Source of the DNA: Chiloscyllium plagiosum
Taxonomy: Eukaryota
DNA length: 64,000 nucleotides
Assembly (NCBI RefSeq): GCF_004010195.1
Contig: NC_057718.1
Location: 19,827,880-19,891,879 of the forward strand
Direction of reading: 5' to 3'
Position 1 is the stretch's first letter. The number at the start of each line of letters is the position of its first letter. A program made the position numbers and the translations under genes. Shown piece after piece: positions 53,141 through 64,000 of the stretch. Below the pieces are notes generated by a model. That model was given only the letters and a program-made list of their open reading frames with translations. It was not told the origin of the DNA and made no database searches.

Positions 53141-54169
53141 ACCTCAAACCCAGCATCAGGCTCATGGCCTATGGGGCATCAAGTGTGTGTGTGTGCTTGT
53201 GTGTCCGTGCGCGCGTTGGCAACATACAGCAGACACCTCAAATCCCTTGGGAACCATCACCAGCAACGCCGTGCAAGACCCTATGAATCTAACAGCAGAA
53301 TAGGGGCTCCAATAGCAGAGGGGGCAGGTTTTCAGGCAGTGGACGTGTTTGGGGGTGCAGGAGTGTGTTAGGAGCCAACAGGGGATGGAAACACAGGCAA
53401 CTGAAGGGGCGAGGGGTTGGTAGCAGGGCTTGTTTGGCGGTGCGGGGGGAAGACGACATGTTGGGAGAGCGAGCGGCTATGATGGGGCGACATGGGGTGG
53501 AGAATGTGATGAGGTGACATGGGGCTGGACGTGATGGGGGTGTTATGGGCATACGTATTTGNNNNNNNNNNNNNNNNNNNNNNNNNNNNNNNNNNNNNNN
53601 NNNNNNNNNNNNNNNNNNNNNNNNNNNNNNNNNNNNNNNNNNNNNNNNNNNNNNNNNNNNNNNNNNNNNNNNNNNNNNNNNNNNNNNNNNNNNNNNNNNN
53701 NNNNNNNNNNNNNNNNNNNNNNNNNNNNNNNNNNNNNNNNNNNNNNNNNNNNNNNNNNNNNNNNNNNNNNNNNNNNNNNNNNNNNNNNNNNNNNNNNNNN
53801 NNNNNNNNNNNNNNNNNNNNNNNNNNNNNNNNNNNNNNNNNNNNNNNNNNNNNNNNNNNNNNNNNNNNNNNNNNNNNNNNNNNNNNNNNNNNNNNNNNNN
53901 NNNNNNNNNNNNNNNNNNNNNNNNNNNNNNNNNNNNNNNNNNNNNNNNNNNNNNNNNNNNNNNNNNNNNNNNNNNNNNNNNNNNNNNNNNNNNNNNNNNG
54001 AATGTGATGGTAGGTTGGGGGGAGAGAGGGCAGGGGGAGGGGATGGTGTGTTGGGGTGGTAGGGGTTGGGGGAGGGTGGTGCGTTGGGCGTGAGTGTGCA
54101 GGGGCACGGGGTGGTGGGTGGGAGAGGGGCGAGGGGCGTGGGTATAGTTTGGGGGGTGATCCTGTCCAT

Positions 54170-54600
54170 GTCGTGACCTCGAGCCCACTCCCTCCCTGCC
54201 TCTCCGCGGCTTTTACCTTTCCCTCCGCTGGCCTCCGCCTCACTCCGGAAGCCACGCAGCAGCGACAGCTCGACTGCAGCGGCCATGCTGTCCCGGATCT
54301 GGTCTCTCAGTCTCCCTCAGCCCTGTCCCATGTGCTCTCGTCCAGAAAAACTACACGGCGGCCATGACAGCGGCTCAGGACAGGCCGGGCGAGGGGGCGG
54401 GGCCTGGGTGGGGTGAGGGCGGGGCTTGGTGCAGGGGCGGAGTTTGTGCGCGTCCGGGGCCTGAGGTGAAGGGGCGGTACAGTGCGGCGCCCAAGGGGGA
54501 GAGGCGGGGCTTAGTGCAGGGTGTGGCCTTGAGGGCAGGTCTGCCGGAGGGGGCGTGGCCTGGTGATCAGGAGCAATCTCGCCCCGCCCCTCCCCAAGCA
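54170..54600 (-). promoter_or_regulatory. CpG-island, GC-box promoter of TTC27
   Basis: CpG-rich in an otherwise CpG-depleted window; several GGGCGG/GGGGCGGGG Sp1-type boxes at 54390-54590 directly upstream of the ATG. Confidence 0.8.
54217..54286 (-). CDS. TTC27: TTC27 (tetratricopeptide repeat protein 27) coding exon 1
   Basis: MAAAVELSLLRGFRSEAEASGGK resembles the vertebrate TTC27 N-terminus (ELAILRGFPTEAE); donor G|gtaaaa, phase 1; lies in CpG island. Confidence 0.88.
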
Positions 54601-54836
54601 CTGGGTGATAAAATGGGAGCAGGTGCAGAGTGACGGGTGAAGGGGTTGGCTTTCCCCTCTCACCAAATTCTTCCCCTTCTGGCTCCTCACCAACCACCAC
54701 CCCATGGCAGCACTCTCTCCCTGCCCCCACCCTGAATTCACATGGCCTCCCCTCCTCCCTGGAACCCCCTTCCTCCAGCCCTTCATTCAAAACCCAAAAT
54801 ATGCATCCACCTCCTCAGGCCAACCATGTAAATTTT

Positions 54837-55036
54837 GATTTGGAGGTGATGGTGTTGGACTGGGGTGTACAAAGTTAAAAATCACACACCAGGTTATAGT
54901 CCAACAGGTTTAATTGGAAGCACGAGCTTTCGGAGTGCTGCTCCTTCATCAGGTGGTTTTCACCTGATGAAGGAGCAGCGCTCCCAATTAAACCTGTTGG
55001 ACTATAACCTGGTGTTGTGTGATTTTTAACTTTGTA
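54837..55036. mobile_element. Palindromic element bearing a hammerhead-like motif
   Basis: 54868-54955 and 54961-55036 are near-perfect inverted arms. Confidence 0.8.
54921..54955 (-). ncRNA. Putative minimal type-I hammerhead ribozyme
   Basis: cac-CTGATGA-a-GGAG-cagca-CTCC-GAAA-GC-TC-gtg; core intact, palindromic AGCT in place of stem III. Confidence 0.65.
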
Positions 55037-57057
55037 TATTTTGGGATTTGAATGAAGGGAAGGGGGAAGGGGTTCCAGAGAGGAGAGGAGGCCATGTGAA
55101 TTCGGGATGGTGTTTGGTGAGGAGCCAGAAGGGGAAGAGTTTGTTTACAGGAGAAGGCTCTGGAGGGGAGAGGCTGGGGTGTGACAAGGTTAGATGTGGG
55201 GCAACTGGAGGATGTGGCTGGAGGCAGGGTCATGATAGGGGTGGGGCTACAAAGTACTATTGATGATTCCTTGCATCATTTTCCTGATGATTGAGTGTAG
55301 ACTGACTGGTCATAATTGACCAAATTCAGTTTATCCTGGTTTTCATGTAAAAGATATACCTGGAGAGTTTAGTACATTTTTTGATGATGCCATTGTTGTA
55401 GATAAGTGAGGAAGTGGGAGTGAGTGAGAGAAAGTGAAAATGTGAGAGAGAAAGAGAGGAGCAGTGCAACAGAGAAATGGACAGTTAGAGGAGGATAAGT
55501 GCAATAGAGAAGCTCCACAAGAGCAATGCAACAGAATATATCTGAGGGACACAGGAGAAATTTGAAAGTGTGTAGCAGAAAAATGTAAAGATTTTTAAAA
55601 TAAAGTATGGGGCTTGATATGGACAATAGAATTGTTTTTTTTTGTGGAGACAGACAACTTTGGTATGGTTTTTAATTAATATTTTGCTTCTGTTTTAACA
55701 GGAGAAGGATGATACAGACATAATCAGGGAAGAGGAATGTTAGGTGAAATTTACATAGTGAGAGAGAAAATATCAACAATCGATGAAAATGATAAATACC
55801 CAAACTCAAATATTTAAGTCTTTTAATGGAAGAAAGCAATGGCAGAGTCTCTTATCATTTTCCAATCCTGTCTTGATAGGACAGCTAACATTGTAGCATT
55901 TTTTAAAGTGGAGAAAATGAATACACAGCAATTATAGACAAATCAGCATAATGTCAGTGCGAGAAAAACAATTGGAAATTATTGAAGAACAGCACATCTC
56001 TTCAATCACAAAACTGCATATATTGATGAGTGAACAATTTCCCGCACATGCAGTTAGTGATATACTCTGGGCAGCTGCCTGCATTAAATATGCCACTTAT
56101 CTTCACAGAGTCCTCCCAGACACAGGAGCTGGGAGGGTTGAGAAGGCACATCTTTGACAAGCAGACGCTGCCTCTCGTTTGCTGCCCCTCTTCCTGCCTT
56201 ACTCAAAACCCCTTACTTCCTCCCTCCCCCAATTGTTTGATGCCTAGCTCCATCATCTCATTCCTTACTGTCATAGTCATGATGTAGGCAGGTGAGAGAT
56301 AGAGAAGCATACAAGGCTGAGTGCTTATGGTTATGGCTGGGTGAGAGGTGGCAGAGAGAGGTCAGGAATGGAGCAGCAAGGAGACAGCAGGCACACACTG
56401 GCACCACTGGAAAGACACATCTGCTGTTTGACAGTGTTGGTGCTGAGTTCCTGTTTACCAATGATTACAGTGTAATCAGAAAACAATCAGCATTAAGGAA
56501 TGCTCATATCTGATCACGACTATTAATTCTTTTGGGATGGTAACAAAGATGCTGCTGAGGGCTGTTTATTTGATGGATTACACCAGATTTCAGTCAAGCT
56601 TTTGATAAGGCTCTAAATAGTAAACAGATCAAGTAATTAATGTGACCCAAGACAGAGTGGATAGTTGGATGCAAAATTGTTTCAGTGGTAAGAAGTAAAG
56701 TCATGGCCTATTGGTGGTTTTGGGACTAACAGGCTGTTTCTAGTGGGATTCTAGAGTGTTCAGTACTAGGAACTTTGCTTTTTGTGGAATGTATCATTGT
56801 TTAATGCCCAATGGGAAGGAAGAAAGATCTGAATATTTAGAAAAGTTACATTTTCTTTAAAAATATACACTGCTGGACTGACATAGACAACACTGATCAC
56901 ATGATGCCAATTGACTATAATTTCTGTCAAGTTCTGATCAGCAGTAACCACAGGATCACCTCCCTGAAATGGCACACTTCTTGCATGGTACAGACATTTC
57001 AGTCAAACCAACATAAAGGACAAGGAAACAAAATGTCTATCTCAGCCAATTCTGAAC

Positions 57058-58096
57058 AGATTTAGGACCATTCGGTGCAGCCATTTTGGCGTGAGCGATT
57101 TGGCGTGGCCTATTTGGCGCAGCCTATTTTGCTGCAGACCCATTTAGGCGCAGAACTATTTTGGCGCAGATATACAGTAGTCATCAACGAAAATCAACAT
57201 AATAGTAGAATTATTAAATGGGTAGTTTCCAGTAGTTTGTAGTTATTATTAAAATAACTAGTCAAAGAAAAACAACTGGAGAGGGAACTTTACAAGTGAT
57301 TAACGAGTGCCTAGAAAATGTTGGAAGCTTGCCAAGGAACGATGCTTAACAACAGAGTGCTGAAGAAAATGGTTCATAGGACAAGGAAAGAAATTGCTGC
57401 TTACCCAGTAAATCCAATAAATTTAGAAGAACTTGTAATTCCAGATAGCTTTAAAACAAATTCTGTTAACGAATATAATGAAGAACAACTTTTACTGGCC
57501 GACAGCTGTAGCACCACCTGCAGAATTCTTATATTTGGAAGAAAAAGGAATGCCGAGTTTCTGAAAATATCAAAAAAGTTATAAGTTGATGGAACATTCA
57601 AAATTTCCCCACCTCTATTTTCACAAGTTTATGTTACTTTAGGGGAAATACATAAAGGTGTGTTCCCACTGTTGTATGCTTTCCTCCCAAATAAGTTACA
57701 AACAACATATGATAAATTATTTGAAATGATTCTGGAAATATAGCCTGAATGCCGCTCTGATATTATCAACTGTGACTTTGAACTTGTACATCTCTTGGGA
57801 GGGCACGATATTCCGTTGAAATTAAAGAAATTCAGGGAATTTAATGGGTTTTTTTTAAGAAATTTTGAGGAACCACGGTTAGGAGTGGACTAATCACAGA
57901 CTAAATGCAGTTAATACACAAATAACTACAAACCACTGGAAACTACCCATTAAATAATTCTATTATTATGTTGATTTTCATTGATGACTACCGTATATCT
58001 GCGCCAAAATAGTTCTGCGCCTAAATGGGTCTGCGGGAAAATAGGCTGCGCCAAACAGGCCATGCCAAAATGGCTGCTCCAAATGGACCTACTCCG
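57058..58096 (+). mobile_element. Internally deleted MULE/Mutator DNA transposon
   Basis: ~180-190 bp TIRs, 9-bp TSD attctgaac, transposase remnant RILIFG..*VDGTFK..FSQVY..PLLYAFLPNK..YDKLF..NCDFE. Confidence 0.9.
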
Positions 58097-58159
58097 ATTC
58101 TGAACAAAGGATGTCATCAAAATCCATTAATGCTTAACATGTTACTAATGGCCCTTTAG

Positions 58160-60433
58160 TTATATGGTTTGGATGGGACGTCAAAATCTCACCTCATTTG
58201 CTGAGTGGCAAAACCTATTGATTGGTACCAGGGCCAGGTGGGTCTCATTGATTGGGGTTGTTAAGCTGGGCCAATCAGTGACCCTTGGCTGGCAAATACA
58301 GGAGAAATAATAACGGTATTGTCTAATGTACAAATGTCATTGTCACTGTCTTGTCACATGTGGAACTGGGATTTGAGGTTTGTCCTCCTCTCCCTGTAAA
58401 ATGGTTGAACGGTAGGGTTTGGGGCCAAGCTTTGCTGCTCCTCTCCCTTGTAAAATTGCTGTCTCTTGTGTACAGCTGTTAATGTTTTTTTGTAAACTGT
58501 TTTGTGTAATTTGTTTAATAAAATATAAATANNNNNNNNNNNNNNNNNNNNNNNNNNNNNNNNNNNNNNNNNNNNNNNNNNNNNNNNNNNNNNNNNNNNN
58601 NNNNNNNNNNNNNNNNNNNNNNNNNNNNNNNNNNNNNNNNNNNNNNNNNNNNNNNNNNNNNNNNNNNNNNNNNNNNNNNNNNNNNNNNNNNNNNNNNNNN
58701 NNNNNNNNNNNNNNNNNNNNNNNNNNNNNNNNNNNNNNNNNNNNNNNNNNNNNNNNNNNNNNNNNNNNNNTTCAAGTTTCACAACATCTTTCCGATAGGA
58801 AGGAGACCAGAATTGCATGCAATATTCCAACAGTGGCCTAACCAATGTCCTGTACATCCGCAACATGCCCTCCCAACTCCTGTACTGAATACTCTGACCA
58901 ATAAAGGGAAGCATACCAAATGCTTTCTTCACTATTCTATCTACCTGTGACTCCACTTTCAAGGAGCTATGAACCTGCACTCCAAGGTCTCTTTGTTCAG
59001 CAACACTCCCTAGGACCTTACCATTAAGTGTATAAGTCCTGCTAAGATTTGCTTTCCCAAAATGCAGCACCTCGCATTTATCTGAATTAAACTCCATCTG
59101 CCACTTCTCAGCTCATTGGCCCATCTGGTAGTGTGAAGGAAATCTTAAAATAAATAAATAGAGAAAAACAAATAGTGTCAGACATTATGTCACTCAGAGC
59201 TGGCTCGGAGGGAGCTGGATTAATGTCAAGGACTCTCCATTTTGTGTTAGGGAGGAGACTGACCTCTGAACTGCCTTAACCACAGTCAGTGTTTTATTAC
59301 TGCTGTTGGTGTTTCCTATTGAGGAGGAGAGCTTTTCTTTTTGTCTCTTCCCCTTGTTTCAGTTCGACATTGTTTTGATTTTTTGTTTATCTTTATTGTT
59401 TGTTGTGATTGTTTTTTCTGGAAAAAATTTTAAAAGGATAAATACAGATTTACACACGTTTCATTCTTCATTTTGCCCTATACCTCCACACAGACGACAT
59501 AGGTGCTGGGGAAAAATAAGCACTCCCACTGTCAGGCGGGAATGTTGGGGGGTGGCGAAGAAGAAGAAAAAAACAGGAGTGTCAGACATTCTGCTCAAAA
59601 GAACAAAAAGTGTCAGAGGTTCTGTTCACTCGGAGAGCTGGCTCTGAGGGAGCTGGATCAGTGGTGAAAGACTCTCCATTTTGTGTTAAGGAGGGGACTG
59701 ACCTCTGAACTGCCTGGACCACACGGTCAGTTTTACCCCTGTTGCGTTTCCTACTAAGGAAAGGAGTTTTCTTTTTTTCTCTCTCCTCCATGTTTCAGGT
59801 AGACAGCTTTGATTTTTGGTTTCTTTATTGTGATTGTTTTTTTTCTGGGTTTCTTTCTGATTATTTATGTTAATTTGAGCTGTGCCACCACCACCACCAC
59901 TGCTGCTGCTGCAGCCTGGGCCTGCTCCTACTGGAAAATGTTTTAAAAAACAGGAGAAATAAAGGTTTACACACTTGTTGTTGTTCACTGTGTCCTATAC
60001 CTGCACACACGACGTGGGTGTTGGGGAAAAATAAGTACTACTGCTGTTAGGTGGTAGTGAGAGGGAAAAATATGGCAAAAGCAAAAAAAAAGTGTCAGAA
60101 CTCCTGGAAAAAATGTCAGACCATTCTGTGAGCCAGCTCGAAGGGAACTGGATCAGTGTCAAGGACTCTCCACATGTAAATAAAGGGTAACTTACTGACA
60201 GGATACAAACCTCTGTGAAGTTCTCTCAGTATAAATATCAAGATTGCTTGCTTTCCCATACAATTAAATGTATGTGCTCTCTTAAAATGTAGATCGGTTA
60301 GCACGCACACAAAAAGTAAACAGCAGATTCAGAAGGTCTCCTCAGTTGAGGTACAGGTTTTGGACTGGGTGTTTAGAGCCCATATAAATAAAGGTCACTT
60401 GGTGATGAGATACCAGCCTATGCAATTATTTCA
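58160..60433 (+). repeat. LTR-like sequence broken into a tandem array of ~400-530 bp units
   Basis: gtgtcagac..gagctggct..ggactctcca recurs at ~59175, ~59579 and ~60114; aaataaagg..ttatttca terminus at ~60180 and 60385-60433. Confidence 0.6.
58771..59128 (-). mobile_element. CR1 fragment next to an assembly gap
   Basis: MEFNSDKCEVLHFGK..LVRPLLEYCMQFWSP. Confidence 0.9.
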
Positions 60434-60869
60434 ACTGGAAGCAGCAGGCATGTGTTCTAAAGCTGCTGGTTTATTTGAATCACCTTGGATACAATTTTTA
60501 AAAAATCTTTCATCAATCTGCTTGTAACACCAGAAGAGTAAGGATCTCCATTAATAGTTAACACCTGCCTCTGAATCTCGCTGTTCTGATAAGAATCCTG
60601 TATTTCATCTCCAAAGTGAACCACTCCCCATCTTGCAACCGCTCTATCTTCAGCAGCATTTCAGCTATACTGGCAATCCTGTGTATAAACAACTGAAATA
60701 ACTTAGACTTTGATATTGATTCACTCGACTCTCAAATCCATTAACTAATTCTGATATCTTTACTTTTAATTAATTTGTAAATTATTTCATTCTTCTTTCT
60801 TTCTTTGGATGCACGTGTCAATATGTGTTCTGATCCATTCCGAGTTTTGAATGCAATAATTTTAAAAAG

Positions 60870-61160
60870 GTGCATTCACTTACAGGTCATGGGCATCATT
60901 GGTTGAGCCAGCATTTATTGCCCATCAGAGTTACCCTTGAGAAGGTGGTAGTGAACTGCCATCGTGAATCATCTAGTCCATGTGCTGTCGGCAGACACAT
61001 AGGGAGTTCGAGGATTTTTACCCAGCAACACGGAAGAAATAGTGACATATTTCCAAGTCAGGATGGTGAATGGCTTGGAAGGGAACTTGCATGTGGTGGT
61101 GTTCCCATGTATCTGCTACCCTTGTCCTTCTAGATGGAAGTCATCTTGGGTTTGGAAGTC
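60870..61160 (-). repeat. LINE 3'-end-like repeat (family of 21600-22015)
   Basis: rc similarity (gccagcatttattgccc, ttccaagtcaggatggtg). Confidence 0.65.
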
Positions 61161-61974
61161 CTACTTTCCTTTGCCCTAAAGAATTTGCTGGAGGTCATTT
61201 TCATTTGGAATTCAAAAATAAAACAATACAGCACAGGAACAGGCCTTCAGCACATCATGTCTGCGCTGATCATGATGCCATTCTAAAGTAATTGCACCTG
61301 CCTGCACCTGTATCCCTTTATTCCCTGCCTATTCATGTTTCTACAGCCTACCATCATCTACGTAAAAAATGCACCACACATATCTCCTTTAAATGTTCTC
61401 CGTGGCAGTTTAAATCTGTGCATACACTGCCCACGCTTCTATCCACCCCCCCCCCCCCCCACCCCAGCCCAGCCCGCCCGCTGCCCCAGTATTTGCTATT
61501 TACACTTGGGAAAAAGACTTCACAGACATACACCACCCCTTTTTTTGTAAATAAAACAGAGAAGAAAATAAGCAAAAAGGTCAAAAGCCTCCACTGTTAC
61601 AGACGTGGAGGAATGAGTATAAATATAGGTCACTGAGTAGTATGAAGGAACAGAAGGACCTTGAAGTGCATTTAAACAGCTCCCTGAAGGCAGTTGGACA
61701 GTGAGATAATATGGTAAGGAAGACATAGCAGATACTTGTTATCTTAGTGCCCTCTTGTGGTGCATCTTAGTGCCCTCTTGTGGTGCAATGGTAGTGTCTC
61801 TGCTGGGGACTAGGTGGTTATGCTGAAATTGTGTAAAATCACAGCATGCAGTTCTCATCATCACACCATGGGTACATCGTCATAGTACTTGCAAATATAC
61901 CGAAGATTTAAAAAAAATGTTTGGGCGCGTATTTGCAAGTGTTGTAATTTACAGATCCACAGATCAAGAGCCAG

Positions 61975-62295
61975 AATTAGAGTCCCTACAGTATGGAAAC
62001 AGGCCATTTGGCCCAACAAATCCACACACCAACCCTTCGAATAGTAACCCACCCAGACCCATTTCCATACATTTATCCCTGACGAATACACCTAACACTA
62101 TGGGCAATTTAGCATGGCCAATTCACCTAACTTGCACATCTTTGGATTTTGGGATGAAATTGGAGCACCCGGAGGAAACCCATGCAGACACGGGAGAATA
62201 TGCAAACTCCACACAGTCACCAGAAGTGGGAATCGAACCCAAGTCCCTGGCGCTGAGAGGCAGCAGTGCTAATCACTGAACTACCGTGCCACCCC
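61975..62295 (-). mobile_element. HE1-type V-SINE
   Basis: Similar to the other copies. Confidence 0.88.
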
Positions 62296-62357
62296 AAAGT
62301 GGGAATAAGCTGAATGGCTCCTTAAGAGCTGGCATAGACATAAGTCAAATGGTCAAT

Positions 62358-62563
62358 AAAGCATGGAGTTGGAAAAAGGACAGCAGGTCAGGCAGCATCC
62401 AAGGAGTAAGAGAGTCGACATTTCAGGAATAACCCTTTTTTTAGGGGCTGAAGAAGGGTTATGTCCAAAACTCCTTGGATGCTGCCTTACCTGCTGTGCT
62501 TTTTCCAGTGCCATGCTTTATCAATGCTGACTTGCCACCATCTGCAGTCCTCACTTTCACCTA
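62358..62563. mobile_element. Short fold-back element of the 35307-35805 family
   Basis: aaagcatgg..ggcagcatccaaggagt / actccttggatgctgcc..ccatgcttt arms; CTGAAGAAGGG in the centre. Confidence 0.7.
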
Positions 62564-62800
62564 TAAGTCAATGGTCTCCTTCCATGCTGCAAATTTCCAT
62601 GATTCTGTAATCTGTAGTTGACTAATAGCAAGTTGAGAGGAATCTGAGATACAGAAACAAAAATAAAGATATACAAACACAAAGAGAGATAAGAGGAGAC
62701 TACAACGAAACATAGAACTATAGGAAAAAGGGTAAATAAATAGCAAATAGGACAGAAACGTCAAGGGGAAAAAGCTTAGTGGGGGTGTCAACAAATATTC

Positions 62801-63011
62801 CAGTAGAGTTGGATCTGCTATAACATTGCAGTCCTATTTTCATGCAATCCTGCGCTATAAGAAAATCGTATAATAACAGCATCATCTAACCTAATGGGGA
62901 CGGAATTGCGATACAACTGTTACATGCTCTAGAAACAGTGTCCCCAGTTCGTCAATTACATTATTGTGAATTTGCATTAATGAAGCATGCGTTATAGCAG
63001 AACTACCTGTA
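62801..63011. mobile_element. Possible Tigger/pogo-like MITE
   Basis: tctgctataac / gttatagcaga inverted motif; right end ctacctg-ta. Confidence 0.45.
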
Positions 63012-64000
63012 TTACGCTGATGGAAGATTACAATATACACTATCAGCCATAACATAGCAGTGATGATACATGCAAAATAATAATTCTGAAGTCAAAAACT
63101 AACAAGGGTCTGTGTCCAGCAATTAAGAGTGGTAACAATATGTTACTGTTTATAGTGTTACTCCCAATCACACGTCAATCTGATGGGCTGCATTTATTAT
63201 TCAAAGCAAATTTGCAACCTTGTGATTCCAAAGATAGTGTTACTACTGGATTAACTAAACCAGACTGATTCACGGACTTCAGAAGAGGAAATCACAATAA
63301 AAGGAAAAACAAAACTCCTAAAAAAAGTGACAAAATAGTTTAAGCATTTGATATTTGTATCATAATTCAAGGTGTTTTGAGTTGCTGTTTTAAATGTTAT
63401 AAACATGAAACATAAAGCCAATATTAGAGCCCTCTTCTGGCACAGTGGTAGTATCCCTGCCCTGGAACAGCGAGATCAAGTTTCAAGTCCCATCTACTCT
63501 AGAGGTGTGTAATAACATTTATGAACAGTTTGATTTAAAATACAGGTAAAAAGCCAATTTTCATGAAGACAGTGCTTTGCTTTTTTTTCCTAAAAGATTT
63601 ACACCAGCTATTTGGACTTTGAAATAAAAGTAAATTCTAAATTTGTGCAGAGCACCAAATCTGAGGGAATAGTCCAAGTAGAACCGCAAAAATTTACAAG
63701 ACAACAATAAACTTACAGGCTTGGCAAACTAGTTTCAATACAGCAAGTGACGACATATCAGGTTTTGATAAGATAAGTGAGGATCTGAATGGAAAAGAAT
63801 AGCAAAGGGTTCTGAAAACAGAAAATATGAATAATGAAATAGTAACATGGGTTAAACAAGACAACAATCATGAAACAAGACAAGCCCAAACCCAAGCAAC
63901 TATTTCCAGAGGGATAGAATTGAAAAGTTATGCCAAGGTCATATGGAACCTTGGTTAAAACACACTTGGGAGTAATGTGCAGAGTTTTAGTCACCATATT

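Noticed and set aside
53289..54255. Long ORFs of 160-300 aa in several frames
   Set aside because: They run through an N-gap and low-complexity G-rich intronic DNA; only 54217-54286 is coding
54349..54368. ZNF143/ACTACA promoter motif
   Set aside because: Only ACTACA matches; the TCCCA half is absent
54364..54633. Divergent plus-strand gene from the CpG island
   Set aside because: The ORF is GC-box low-complexity sequence; no recognisable protein or downstream exons seen
57075..57170. CRISPR-like short repeats
   Set aside because: Sub-repeats inside a MULE TIR in a vertebrate genome; no unique spacers or cas genes
61741..61786. 23-bp tandem duplication
   Set aside because: Duplicated head of a degenerate short repeat also seen near 49890 and 63430

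Overview
Eukaryotic, repeat-rich vertebrate DNA, most likely from a shark (HE1/V-SINE-type SINEs, HER1/CR1-type LINEs). It contains coding exons 1-8 of a minus-strand TTC27 orthologue, with all GT-AG junctions and phases consistent, and a CpG-island promoter at about 54.2-54.6 kb. Intron 1 holds a five-element nest: an old CR1 hosts a Penelope-like element with an inverted terminal arm, which hosts both a Gmr1-like LTR retrotransposon (integrase before RT, itself carrying a SINE) and an internally deleted L1. At least four repeat families carry minimal type-I hammerhead-ribozyme motifs, often as fold-backs. The best-preserved copy lies in a ~480 bp nested palindrome just upstream of the promoter. 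Also present: an internally deleted MULE transposon with a 9-bp TSD, two antisense CR1-in-CR1 insertions truncated at positions homologous to their target sites, and a tandem array built on an LTR-like segment. Family and gene names come from recognition of motifs, not database searches. Three N-gaps limit parts of the analysis.
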